From Promethearchaeota archaeon (GTDB lineage: Archaea; Asgardarchaeota; Lokiarchaeia; Sigyniarchaeales; SOKP01): DNA of 64,000 nucleotides. Location: contig JAGXNO010000001.1 in NCBI GenBank assembly GCA_019894975.1, positions 128,001 through 192,000 of the forward strand. Direction: 5' to 3'. The position numbers were made by a program, and so were the translations under genes. The first letter of the stretch is position 1, and every line of letters begins with the position of its first letter. Below are positions 1 through 9,571 of this stretch, in pieces. Under the pieces are notes generated by a model, which was not told where the DNA came from, searched no databases, and saw nothing but the letters and a program-made list of their open reading frames with translations.

Positions 1-1
1 A

Positions 2-346
2 TTTATAATCTTAGGAATCGCATTATTGCTTTTCTTCTATAAAAATAATCATATTTATCAGAAATTATTATTGTACACTTCAATTGTTTTAGTCACCGGA
101 AACGTTTTAAGTTTTGTAAATTCTTCACTAGCGCGTTCATTAATACACTTTGATGTTTATACCTATCTTGATTTTGCAGATTATTTTTTAGCTTTAGATA
201 TAATTTCTTTATGTATTCAACTAGGTGCAATATTGATAATTCTACTATACTGTATTTACTTAAATAATAGAGGTTTTATGATTTTTAGCAGTTTATACTT
301 GGTTTACTTATTTTCTAGTTTAATCCCCTTACTTCCTTATATATAA
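2..346 (+). CDS. Membrane protein, 5'-partial (frame open to window edge)
   Basis: Frame is open from position 2 (FIILGIALLLFF...); several hydrophobic segments; TAA ends at 346. Confidence 0.6.
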   Translation, partial: FIILGIALLLFFYKNNHIYQKLLLYTSIVLVTGNVLSFVNSSLARSLIHFDVYTYLDFADYFLALDIISLCIQLGAILIILLYCIYLNNRGFMIFSSLYLVYLFSSLIPLLPYI

Positions 347-374
347 ATTACAAAAAAATATCAGGTGTATAAAT

Positions 375-1049
375 ATAGATAAAATAGAAAGAAGTTATAT
401 TTATGTTCTCCCGTTAATTGGTGGAGTTCTTTGTATAATTGCATTTTTTACACCCGCAATGTATACTTTTTTATATAGTGGGTATGGTAGTTATTGGTTT
501 TGGGGTTTGCACAACTTTGATGGATTATCATTTAACACTGAAAGGATTGATATTTTAATTGTAGGTATAATTATCGGGTTGTTGATTCTTATAAGTGGAA
601 TAAAATTGGTATATTCTGCCAATTTAGTGAGGGTAGAGAAGAATTCTTTTGAAGATCAAAAAAAAACTTGGTTAGTAGTTCCATCGCTTGCAATTTTGGG
701 AGCAATTACATGGTTTTTTTATATTTCAAATTCAGGAGATGGCTATTTCGTACCTCCTGGATATGATGTTTGGGACTTTTTTCGCATTGATTTTGGATTA
801 ATTGGTGCATTTTCCGGGGGAGCTTTATCCTTGTTAGGATATCTCTTTAATAAAGGTATTCGAGAGACAAACATTATGTCTTATTTCGTAATCAACCCAA
901 GAAAAGAAATCTCTGTTTCATACAAAAAATACCCTATTTCTGAAATACAAAAAAAGCAGCATTTAGAAACGCCTAATTACTGTCCTATGTGCGGATTTAA
1001 AACAGGAACAACACATAAATTCTGTCCTGGATGTGGATTTAAGTTTTAA
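375..1049 (+). CDS. Membrane protein with C-terminal double zinc ribbon; probable start upstream of ORF-track ATG 459 (ATA at 375)
   Basis: TM segments then CPMCG..CPGCG; in-frame upstream extension IDKIERSYIYVLPLIGGVLCIIAFFTPA adds a TM helix; AGGTG at 363-367. Confidence 0.75.
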   Translation: MDKIERSYIYVLPLIGGVLCIIAFFTPAMYTFLYSGYGSYWFWGLHNFDGLSFNTERIDILIVGIIIGLLILISGIKLVYSANLVRVEKNSFEDQKKTWLVVPSLAILGAITWFFYISNSGDGYFVPPGYDVWDFFRIDFGLIGAFSGGALSLLGYLFNKGIRETNIMSYFVINPRKEISVSYKKYPISEIQKKQHLETPNYCPMCGFKTGTTHKFCPGCGFKF

Positions 1050-1063
1050 AAATTAATGGTTTT

Positions 1064-2059
1064 TTATTTATCTGGATTCAAGTTCTCATTTCTTCTATCA
1101 ACCATCGCTTGCATTCTTTTCAAAATACGTTCCCTTATTTCAGGTTTCATATATTTTAGTTGTTCCATTGATTTCTGAGTACCTTCTTGAATTCTTTCAA
1201 TCATCATTTTTTGATCTTCTGGATCTAATTTTTGGAGTGCTTCATAAAAATTTTGTTGCCCTTCTTCTGGATCGTATGGTATTCTTCCAGATAACAATCC
1301 CCCATCAACTAGTAACGTTTCACCCGTTATAAAACTACTAGAATCACTAGCCAAAAATAAAGCAGCATTAGCGATATCTTCTGGTATTCCCGCGCGCCTT
1401 ATTGCTTGTCCATCCGCCATAAATACTTTCCTTAAATCTCCCCATTTTTCAGCAGTTTCACGTGAAAGACCAATACCCTGACCAAATATACCTGTAGCTA
1501 TACCTCCCGGTGCTATTGTATTTGCTCTAATTCCAAATATTCCTAACTCAACTGCAGCAATTCGAGCGAGGTGAATTAGTGCTGCTTTAGAGAGGGAATA
1601 AGCTAAACCGCCCATCCCTTGCTGAAATCCTGCAACAGAACCAGTAAATATAAAGCATCCGGAGCCTTGCTTTTTCATTAAAGGTATAGAATGCTTCATA
1701 CACAAGACTGCTCCTCGAAGATGGATTGCCATGGTATGATCGAAATCTTCAGTTTCAATTTCTTCGATTCCACTTCCAGCACCAGGATTACCCGCATTTG
1801 AAAACACAATATCGAGGCTGTCAAATTTCTCTACTGCGAGATCAATGGCTTTTTTTATATCAGACTCTTGAGATACATCCGTGTGAATATATAAAGCATT
1901 TGGTCCTAGTTCATTAGCAAATTCTTCACCCATTTCATCCCAAATGTCGACTAAAATAACTCCCTTTGTTCCTTCTTCAATGAAGAGCTTTGATGTTGCT
2001 CTCCCTATCCCACCAGCAGCACCCGTTATGAGTGCTACTTTTCCATTTAAAACTCCCAT
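1064..2059 (-). CDS. Short-chain dehydrogenase/reductase with C-terminal helical extension (paralog 1)
   Basis: TGAAGGIG, SNAG, YSLSK catalytic YxxxK, VDGG; start set at MGVLNGKV by alignment with neighbour. Confidence 0.93.
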   Translation of the reverse strand: MGVLNGKVALITGAAGGIGRATSKLFIEEGTKGVILVDIWDEMGEEFANELGPNALYIHTDVSQESDIKKAIDLAVEKFDSLDIVFSNAGNPGAGSGIEEIETEDFDHTMAIHLRGAVLCMKHSIPLMKKQGSGCFIFTGSVAGFQQGMGGLAYSLSKAALIHLARIAAVELGIFGIRANTIAPGGIATGIFGQGIGLSRETAEKWGDLRKVFMADGQAIRRAGIPEDIANAALFLASDSSSFITGETLLVDGGLLSGRIPYDPEEGQQNFYEALQKLDPEDQKMMIERIQEGTQKSMEQLKYMKPEIRERILKRMQAMVDRRNENLNPDK

Positions 2060-2094
2060 TTGTATCAATACAATTATTAAATTTGTTTTAAGGT

Positions 2095-3066
2095 TCACCC
2101 TTGGGGTGTCATTTTTTGCAATCTTTTTATAACCTTATCTCGAATTTCTGGTTTCATAAATTTCAAATCGTCCATGACTTTTTTAAATCCATCTTGTACT
2201 CTTTCAGTAACTATTTTTAGATCTTCAGGATCTAAAGCTTGCATCAAATTAGCGAATCTCTCCTGATTTTCTTCTGGATATTGCGGAATTCTTCCTGATA
2301 AAAGTCCTCCATCTACTTTAAGTGTTACTCCTGTAATGAAACTACTAGAATCAGATGCTAGAAATAATGCTGCATTAGCGATATCTTCTGGTAAACCCGC
2401 ACGTCTAATAGCTTGCATTTCAGCAAGTGTTTCTTTCATTAATTCCGAAACTTTTTCAGCTCCATTACGAGATATACCAAAAGCTTGGCCGAAGATTCCT
2501 GTAGCTATACCCCCAGGTGCTATTGCATTTGCTCTAATACCAAATATTCCTAATTCTACAGCCGCAATTCGAGTGAGTTGTATAATTCCCGCTTTGGAAA
2601 CAGAATAAGGTAATGTTCCCATTCCTTGTTGAAAACCTGCTACAGAACTCGTAGTTATAAAACATCCTGAGCCTTGTTTTTTCATTATTGGTATAGAATG
2701 TTTCATGTATAAAAAGGCAGCTCGGAGGTGAATTGCGACAGTATGATCAAATTCATCAGTAGGAACGTCATCAATACTTCCTCCGGGACCTGGATTACCA
2801 GCATTCGAAAAAACAATATCAAGTTGACCAAATTTTTCAATGGCTAATTCAATGGATTTTTTAATGTCAGCTTCTTCAGATACATCAGTATGGAGATAAA
2901 TTGCGTTTGGTCCCAGTTCTTCAGCAGTTTTTTCACCCATTTCATCCCAGATATCAGCCATCACAACTCCCTTAGCTCCTTCTTCAATAAAGAGTTTTGA
3001 AGTTGCTCTCCCTATCCCACCAGCAGCACCCGTTATGAGCCCTACTTTTCCTTCTAATTTTCCCAT
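2095..3066 (-). CDS. Short-chain dehydrogenase/reductase with C-terminal helical extension (paralog 2)
   Basis: TGAAGGIG, SNAG, YSVSK, VDGG; tandem duplicate of 1064..2059. Confidence 0.93.
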   Translation of the reverse strand: MGKLEGKVGLITGAAGGIGRATSKLFIEEGAKGVVMADIWDEMGEKTAEELGPNAIYLHTDVSEEADIKKSIELAIEKFGQLDIVFSNAGNPGPGGSIDDVPTDEFDHTVAIHLRAAFLYMKHSIPIMKKQGSGCFITTSSVAGFQQGMGTLPYSVSKAGIIQLTRIAAVELGIFGIRANAIAPGGIATGIFGQAFGISRNGAEKVSELMKETLAEMQAIRRAGLPEDIANAALFLASDSSSFITGVTLKVDGGLLSGRIPQYPEENQERFANLMQALDPEDLKIVTERVQDGFKKVMDDLKFMKPEIRDKVIKRLQKMTPQG

Positions 3067-3284
3067 GATTATTCGAAATTATTTTTCTTTTCGGTTGATC
3101 AAACAAATAATATAAAATTGAAAAGGATAATTGTTGAATTTTTTTAAATATACACTAATATAATGAGAGATTACAGTGACAGAAATGAAAAATATTTATT
3201 AATTATCTGATGAATCCATAGATTTTTAATACATAATAATTGTTTTTATTCTGAACTGTTATAAAAAGTCTGGAAAACTTGTTG

Positions 3285-3488
3285 TTAATAATTAAAATCG
3301 CAAAATTTCTGATGTATATCTATGCAATTTTTACAATAAGTCTCCCCACATAATGCACACACAATCTCTTCATCGTGATCAATGCGTAAATCATTCTCAC
3401 ATCTATTACAATGACGATATCGCTCAGCAAAAGAGATTTGTTCCTTATACATCCTTTTTTTCTTAATTCTGGTAATCAGTTCACTCAT
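3285..3488 (-). CDS. Small Cys/His-rich zinc-finger protein
   Basis: CNRC..CALC..YCKNC..H..C; clear paralog at 7375..7551. Confidence 0.8.
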   Translation of the reverse strand: MSELITRIKKKRMYKEQISFAERYRHCNRCENDLRIDHDEEIVCALCGETYCKNCIDIHQKFCDFNY

Positions 3489-3634
3489 GTATCATAGTTT
3501 AAAAATAATTATATAAAGTCAACTAATTCCCAAACAAAAGATTTTATCTAGGAATGGTTATAATCTATACCAGCCTATCTTTTTAAACAATTAAGTTTTA
3601 AACGTTTAGAAATAATCAAAATTTAGTGATTCTT

Positions 3635-4513
3635 ATGGTCAAAGTAGCTGTTATTTCTACAGATGATGCTGTTTATGGTGTAAATAAATCATTAGAATTA
3701 TTAGGAATTAACCCTGTTAAGGATAAAAATGTAATTTTCAAACCTAATTTTAACACTGCCGATCCTCCTCCTGCTTCCAGTTCAATGGAGACAGTAAAAC
3801 AACTAATAATTAAGTTAAAAGAAATGGGGGCGAGATCGATAACAGTTGCAGAACGAAGTGGGCCTGCCAGTACGGAAGAAACATTCAAGAAAAAAGGATT
3901 ATATTCCTTAGCGGAAGAATTAGATTTTAAAATAGTTGATTTAACTTCTATTTCTGACGACGAATATATTCTTAAAAGAACTGAAGATTGTCATTGGAAG
4001 GATGGATTTCTTTTTCCAAAAATTTATGATGATGCTAAGTGTATCATTGAAACTTGCTGTTTGAAAACTCATATGTATGGTGGACATTTCACTTTATCAC
4101 TTAAAAATGCAGTAGGGCTAGTAAATAAAAAGTATATGGGGGAATTACACTCTTCAAAACATCAACGAAAAATGATTGCAGAAATTAACGCGGTTTACAA
4201 ACCTGATTTAATTATCATGGATGGAATTATAACATTTGTTGATCGTGGGCCAATGGAAGGTACCCGTAAAGAAGCAAATGTCTTTATTGCTGGTACAGAT
4301 AAAGTAGCAATTGATGCTGTGGGTGTTGCGATATTGCGAATTCTTGGAACTACTCCAGAAGTAACAAAGGGTTCAATTTTTGATCAAGAACAAATTAAAA
4401 GGGCCGTAGAACTTGGTGTGGGAATCAAATCCTCTAATGAGATTGAATTTATAACCGATTCTAAAGAAGCTGAAAAATTAGTAGCTCAAATAAAAGAAAA
4501 ACTGGCAGAATAA
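3635..4513 (+). CDS. DUF362-family protein
   Basis: FKPN, LKTH..GGHFTLSLKNAVG, IMDG, DKVAIDA motifs; ATG at 3635. Confidence 0.85.
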   Translation: MVKVAVISTDDAVYGVNKSLELLGINPVKDKNVIFKPNFNTADPPPASSSMETVKQLIIKLKEMGARSITVAERSGPASTEETFKKKGLYSLAEELDFKIVDLTSISDDEYILKRTEDCHWKDGFLFPKIYDDAKCIIETCCLKTHMYGGHFTLSLKNAVGLVNKKYMGELHSSKHQRKMIAEINAVYKPDLIIMDGIITFVDRGPMEGTRKEANVFIAGTDKVAIDAVGVAILRILGTTPEVTKGSIFDQEQIKRAVELGVGIKSSNEIEFITDSKEAEKLVAQIKEKLAE

Positions 4514-4543
4514 AAATAAGCAGAAAAACCATTGAATTTTTTT

Positions 4544-5119
4544 TTATTCTATTATGTTTTTAAGTTCCCTAATTAACTTTTTTACTTCTTCTTTTTCTAA
4601 ACCAACTTTCACTTTGCCTCCTCCTGGATGGGCAATAGTAAGATTAATTTTATCACTATCTTTATCAACCAACCATTTTTTACTTTCAGGTAAACTGTAT
4701 GATGGTGATAACCAATCTGTGGCTTTAAATTGTCCTATCTGAAGTAGCACGCCAAATGCATCCTTTGGGTGAATGAAAAGTTCTTTCCAACGTTCACCGT
4801 AATTTTGATATCCAAAATAAGGGATATTATTTTTTTCAAGAATATCTTTTGTCATTTCAATGTCTGGTGTTTGTAAAACCAAGTGGTGAATTCCTCCCTC
4901 CCTATTTTTCAAAAAATTCTCAAGAAAACTCCCTTCTGCCGTAGGCTTTATTATTTCAAAACGAGAAAGATCTCCTAGCGCAAATGTTTCCCAATAATAT
5001 TTCATGTTATTATCCGTACCATTATATTGAGAGGTAGCCCCAAGAATTTTTGTAAAAAATTCCACAGCACCATCGTAATCTTTTACCGCTAATGAAACGT
5101 GATCAATTCTTAAAATCAT
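4544..5119 (-). CDS. VOC/glyoxalase family protein, methylmalonyl-CoA epimerase-like
   Basis: IDHVSLAV, FL..REGGIHHL, FIHPKDAFGVLLQ. Confidence 0.85.
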   Translation of the reverse strand: MILRIDHVSLAVKDYDGAVEFFTKILGATSQYNGTDNNMKYYWETFALGDLSRFEIIKPTAEGSFLENFLKNREGGIHHLVLQTPDIEMTKDILEKNNIPYFGYQNYGERWKELFIHPKDAFGVLLQIGQFKATDWLSPSYSLPESKKWLVDKDSDKINLTIAHPGGGKVKVGLEKEEVKKLIRELKNIIE

Positions 5120-5289
5120 AAGTGGTTTTGTCTTTCTAGTTTTATATGTTTTATCCTTAGCAGATAAACATTATCTCATAAAATCTAGGACTAAAATTTA
5201 TAGAAAATTTATATAAGATTATATCTAATATTATTGTATTCAATAGAAAATAGAAAATTATTATTGTAGTGTTTATAAGAGTTAGAATT

Positions 5290-7056
5290 ATGGAATATAA
5301 ACTAACGGTTAAAGAAGTAGAATATCTTGAAAGACAAAATCAACAAGTTGAACAGAGAGCTAATAATCCAAATCAAAGCCCAGGGATTTTAATCCAGCAA
5401 CATGCTAAAAATAATCCTAAAGGATCCGCTTTATTTTGGAAGAAAAGATCTTGGTCTTGGAAAGCATTTAATCAAGAAAGCAATAAAATCGCAAATTACT
5501 TACTCAAAATAGGAAATAAACCTGGTGAGACTATCGCCATGATGATAGAAAATTCTCCTGAATTTCTTTTCTTAATTACAGGCATTAATAAGATACAGGG
5601 AATAGTTTCCCTAATTAATGTTAATCTAAGAAAAAAAGCATTAATCCATGCTTTTAAGATAAGCGAGCCAAACAGAGTAATTATCGATGGAGATAGTCTG
5701 CCTGCTTTTAACGAAATATTTAAAGAGCTTACATTTAATGATAATAGTGTATTTGTTATTAACAATACTAATGAAGTTCAGCACCAGTTTATAGATATTA
5801 ATCGCGAATTAGAATCTGTTTCAAAATTAAACCCTAAAACAACATATAATTCTAATTTAAGTACCATGAGCATGTACATTTTCACTTCAGGAACAACAGG
5901 TCTTCCAAAAGCAGCCTTACAGAATAATTCTCGGCTTCTAAATCCTTTTGGTTATTTAGCATTTCAAATAAGACAAAAGGATATACTCTACAGTCCTTTA
6001 CCTTTATATCACTCGCATGCGATGGTAAATGGATGGGGAACTGTCATAAATGGGGGATGTGCCTTTGCGATAAGAAAACGTTTTTCAGCATCAAAATTCT
6101 GGAAAGATGTCAAAAAATTTGGAGCTACCTGCTGTCTTTATATAGGAGAGTTACCAAGATATCTCCTAAACCGATCAGAATCTGAATATATTAAAAACAC
6201 AACACTTAAAAAAATGTTAGGTTTAGGTCTCCGTAAAGATATCTGGGGTGAATTCAAATCTCGATTTCAGATTGATCATATCTTGGAATTCTATGGTGCT
6301 ACTGATGGGGCTGGGGGACTATTCAATATTGAAGAAGTTCCAGGTATGATTGGAAGAATTAATGTGCCTGAAAACATCGAAATTGTGAAAATTGACGAGA
6401 ATACCGACGAATTTTTTAAAGATGGGAAGAACAATTATGTACGGTGTAAACCTGGAGAAACAGGAATGATGATAGTTAAAATTAATCCCACTTCAAACTA
6501 TCTAGGTTATAAAGATAAAAATAAAACCAATAAAAGAGTTCTAAGGAATGTTTTTGAGCAAGATGATGCCTATTTCAATACAGGTGACCTAGTTACATTT
6601 CATGAAGATAATTGGGTTTCTTTTGCAGATAGATACGGTGATACCTTCAGATGGAAAGGAGAAAATGTTTCAACTCTGGAAGTTGAATCGATCATTAATA
6701 ACTTTGCTAATGTTGAAATGAGTACGGTATATGGTGTCGAAATACCAAATTCAGAAGGAAAAGCAGGTATGGTCTCAATCAAATTATACGAAAATCAGAA
6801 CCTTGATTTAACTCAATTTTCCCAATTTGTATCTGAAAATCTTCCAAAATATGCGATTCCAATTTTTGTTCGCATTAAGGAAGGTCTTGAATTTACAGGG
6901 ACTCATAAATTAAGAAAAGTTAATCTGAAAAAGCAAGGATATGATATTAACAAAATTAGTGACCATATTTACTTCTGGAATTCTGATTCTAATAGGTATG
7001 AAGTATTTGATGTTGAGAAATATTCTAATCTGATGGATAATACTTTGAAAATATAA
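5290..7056 (+). CDS. Long/very-long-chain acyl-CoA synthetase (FATP-like)
   Basis: YIFTSGTTGLPK, EFYGATD, FNTGD, DRYGDTFRWKGENVSTLEVE. Confidence 0.92.
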   Translation: MEYKLTVKEVEYLERQNQQVEQRANNPNQSPGILIQQHAKNNPKGSALFWKKRSWSWKAFNQESNKIANYLLKIGNKPGETIAMMIENSPEFLFLITGINKIQGIVSLINVNLRKKALIHAFKISEPNRVIIDGDSLPAFNEIFKELTFNDNSVFVINNTNEVQHQFIDINRELESVSKLNPKTTYNSNLSTMSMYIFTSGTTGLPKAALQNNSRLLNPFGYLAFQIRQKDILYSPLPLYHSHAMVNGWGTVINGGCAFAIRKRFSASKFWKDVKKFGATCCLYIGELPRYLLNRSESEYIKNTTLKKMLGLGLRKDIWGEFKSRFQIDHILEFYGATDGAGGLFNIEEVPGMIGRINVPENIEIVKIDENTDEFFKDGKNNYVRCKPGETGMMIVKINPTSNYLGYKDKNKTNKRVLRNVFEQDDAYFNTGDLVTFHEDNWVSFADRYGDTFRWKGENVSTLEVESIINNFANVEMSTVYGVEIPNSEGKAGMVSIKLYENQNLDLTQFSQFVSENLPKYAIPIFVRIKEGLEFTGTHKLRKVNLKKQGYDINKISDHIYFWNSDSNRYEVFDVEKYSNLMDNTLKI

Positions 7057-7143
7057 AAGATTAATAAGAAAATTTCAACTCCCACATTCTTTAATTACTT
7101 CTAAACAAACCCTATATAATATTATCATACCGAAAATTGACCT

Positions 7144-7368
7144 ATGGAGCAAACTAAAACAAAGAAATGTGGAGATTGTGGACAATTAATCCCCTTCCAT
7201 ATCTTCCTAAGAGATAACCCTACAATATCTAAGAGTCGAGCCCAAGAGCTGTGGAATGATCCATTTATCATCACCTATTGTCCTCAATGTTTTTTGAACA
7301 GACCTGAAAAACCTTATCGGCGCCGTAGAAGATACTATTATAACGATAGGCTGAAAATGAGAAGATAA
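7144..7368 (+). CDS. Small zinc-binding protein with Arg-rich C-terminus
   Basis: CGDC...CPQC; RRRRRYYY tail; TATA-like TATATAA at ~7113. Confidence 0.7.
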   Translation: MEQTKTKKCGDCGQLIPFHIFLRDNPTISKSRAQELWNDPFIITYCPQCFLNRPEKPYRRRRRYYYNDRLKMRR

Positions 7369-7374
7369 TAACTT

Positions 7375-7551
7375 CTATTTAATCTCACGGCAGTATATCT
7401 GATGTATATTAATACAATGATCACAAAAGGTTTCTCCACACAAAACACACACAATTTCCTCATCCTCGGAAATATTTAAATCTCCTTCGCATTGATTACA
7501 GTGACGATATCTACTTGCGAAAGATTCCTGAAGTGCACAATAATTTAACAT
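7375..7551 (-). CDS. Small zinc-finger protein, 58 aa (not in ORF track), paralog of 3285..3488
   Basis: Translates MLNYCALQESFASRYRHCNQCEGDLNISEDEEIVCVLCGETFCDHCINIHQIYCREIK; GGAGGGTGA just upstream of ATG. Confidence 0.85.
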   Translation of the reverse strand: MLNYCALQESFASRYRHCNQCEGDLNISEDEEIVCVLCGETFCDHCINIHQIYCREIK

Positions 7552-7579
7552 TTTTCACCCTCCTTTAACTATTTAATTA

Positions 7580-7993
7580 CTAGAACTGATACATAAACTT
7601 TAAAAGGCTTTTATCTAACTCAGCAAACTCCCGTGGAGTAATTCCATGCAATAATGCCGTATGAAATAATCTGATTTTCATTTCTACAGAAGTTGCTGAA
7701 CCTTTATTATTATGGATCTTACCCACTAAATCTTTAAACATCTCATAGATGGAATAGTCAGAATCTTTTAACATCCCTAAATATCCACCAAATGCTAAAA
7801 ACATATTAGACATAAGCTCAATTTCTTCCATTGTGTTATTTATGTAACATTCTGGGCAAACCAAACCAATTTTAAGACCCTCTTGAAAAGATGCGGCTTC
7901 TTGTTTGATTTCCTTATGACAGATTCCACATATAATAGATTCATGGAAACCATTATTCTTGAACTCTAACCTGACAACCATCTTTTTAATCAC
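7580..7993 (-). CDS. Hypothetical protein with N-terminal zinc finger
   Basis: CGIC...CPEC then helical region; co-oriented and 28 bp from 7375..7551. Confidence 0.7.
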   Translation of the reverse strand: MIKKMVVRLEFKNNGFHESIICGICHKEIKQEAASFQEGLKIGLVCPECYINNTMEEIELMSNMFLAFGGYLGMLKDSDYSIYEMFKDLVGKIHNNKGSATSVEMKIRLFHTALLHGITPREFAELDKSLLKFMYQF

Positions 7994-8131
7994 TTTATTC
8001 TATATTAAATAATGTTAGCACAGAGTTTCATATATAGTTTTATTTCGCGAACTTTCCTTAGACTTCGAGACTAGAACTAGATTCTTAATGAAAATTTATA
8101 TAAATTATTTAATCATTAGTGAAACTATTAT

Positions 8132-8770
8132 ATGGTGGTTAAAATGACTGATTATGAAGAATCCTCTATTAAAGATTTGACAGTAGAAATGATAAAGGAA
8201 TTAAGTTTCCAAGAAATTATGGACTTGTTTAAATCCTTAACATCAGCAGATTTTGAAGAAATGGATGGTGAATATGATAGTGCTATGGTTGGATTTATTT
8301 CAGAAAAAAGTGAAAAAGGTTCCAATTGGTGGCTTTATGATACGGAAAGAGGATATTGGATGGGTAAGGCATTTACCCCTTCAAAAAAATTGGAACTAAA
8401 AGGACAAGGATATAATCGCTGGAAGATCGACGGTAAGGAAGAACATCATATGAGATTCCTCACTGATATAAATGAGTCATTAATAGATGAAAAACCTACT
8501 TTTCGACTAAAGTATGCTTCTTTTAAGAATGATGGTGGCATCGTGGATATGACTGATGAAGTCAGAAGGATTCGTAAAGGTTTATATCTCTGTGCTGGTA
8601 TGGCGGGTGATGAAAAACTTCCTCCTGATTTTTTTTGCCTTTGTGGTCCTGTGAATGAATATCAACATCATTCAGAATGGATTTATGGTGATGAAGTTGA
8701 TAAGTTTTCAAAAAAAAGAGCATCCTATAAGAATTATCCTTTTCCTGAAGATCTACAACAAAATGAATAG
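8132..8770 (+). CDS. Hypothetical protein
   Basis: 212-aa ORF with normal composition; WMGKAF and DEVRRI..GLYL motifs; no function recognised. Confidence 0.75.
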   Translation: MVVKMTDYEESSIKDLTVEMIKELSFQEIMDLFKSLTSADFEEMDGEYDSAMVGFISEKSEKGSNWWLYDTERGYWMGKAFTPSKKLELKGQGYNRWKIDGKEEHHMRFLTDINESLIDEKPTFRLKYASFKNDGGIVDMTDEVRRIRKGLYLCAGMAGDEKLPPDFFCLCGPVNEYQHHSEWIYGDEVDKFSKKRASYKNYPFPEDLQQNE

Positions 8771-8791
8771 CTCCTTCTTAGTCTTTCAAAC

Positions 8792-9439
8792 TTAATTTAT
8801 TATTATCAGTCCAGCAAGAGTACCTTTGGGAATATCCTTTGCTTCAGCATTACTTCCGATAGGGTAAATATCCCATCCTGATTGGGCAACCATTTTATAT
8901 ACATCTATCCCGACAGCTTCCATTGAAGGACGTGCTCTTAGAGAAAACCTGCATCTTTTACCTTCTAGCGCTAAACAATTTTCCTCTAAACTACAATATA
9001 CGTGCCGGCATGAACCCGCCGCAAATCCAAATGATAGATAATATCCATCATAGAATGCTGCTGATTCTATTTCATTGACGACCTTATATACTTTCTGATA
9101 AGCAGCAATTCTCTCTTTTATTGTAGCCTTATCTCTCACAATAACCTCAGAAGGAAAGTCAATTGCAAAGAAGATTGCCCATTTGTAATTTTCTAGATGA
9201 GATCTTAACTCAGCAGGTTTTAACGTATTTGGTGGACAATGAGCGCAAACTCCGTACCCAAAACATCTCGGAACCTGACATTTTAATGTCACACGCTCAT
9301 CTACAGGGATTTCTTCTACTGTTATAACTCTTGCATTGGTAGCTCCTAGCTCAATAGCTCTTTCTCTGTATTTTTCAATATTATTTTTAAGAGTCGTCTC
9401 ACTTATGCCAAGGGTGATTTTTTTGATTTGTTTATTCAT
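8792..9439 (-). CDS. DUF2284-family Cys-rich metal-binding protein
   Basis: KC..PRC..YG..AHCPP, AGSCRHVYC, C....ARPSMEAVGIDV. Confidence 0.85.
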   Translation of the reverse strand: MNKQIKKITLGISETTLKNNIEKYRERAIELGATNARVITVEEIPVDERVTLKCQVPRCFGYGVCAHCPPNTLKPAELRSHLENYKWAIFFAIDFPSEVIVRDKATIKERIAAYQKVYKVVNEIESAAFYDGYYLSFGFAAGSCRHVYCSLEENCLALEGKRCRFSLRARPSMEAVGIDVYKMVAQSGWDIYPIGSNAEAKDIPKGTLAGLIIIN

Positions 9440-9571
9440 ACATCTATCTTATTCAGAAGAAAATTTAAAAATATATAAAATAAAATCATAAGTCAATTCA
9501 ATCAAATAATTTAATTTTATTCTAATATTTATATTATCAATTAGTATTTCAAATAGTATTAAGAATAGTCG

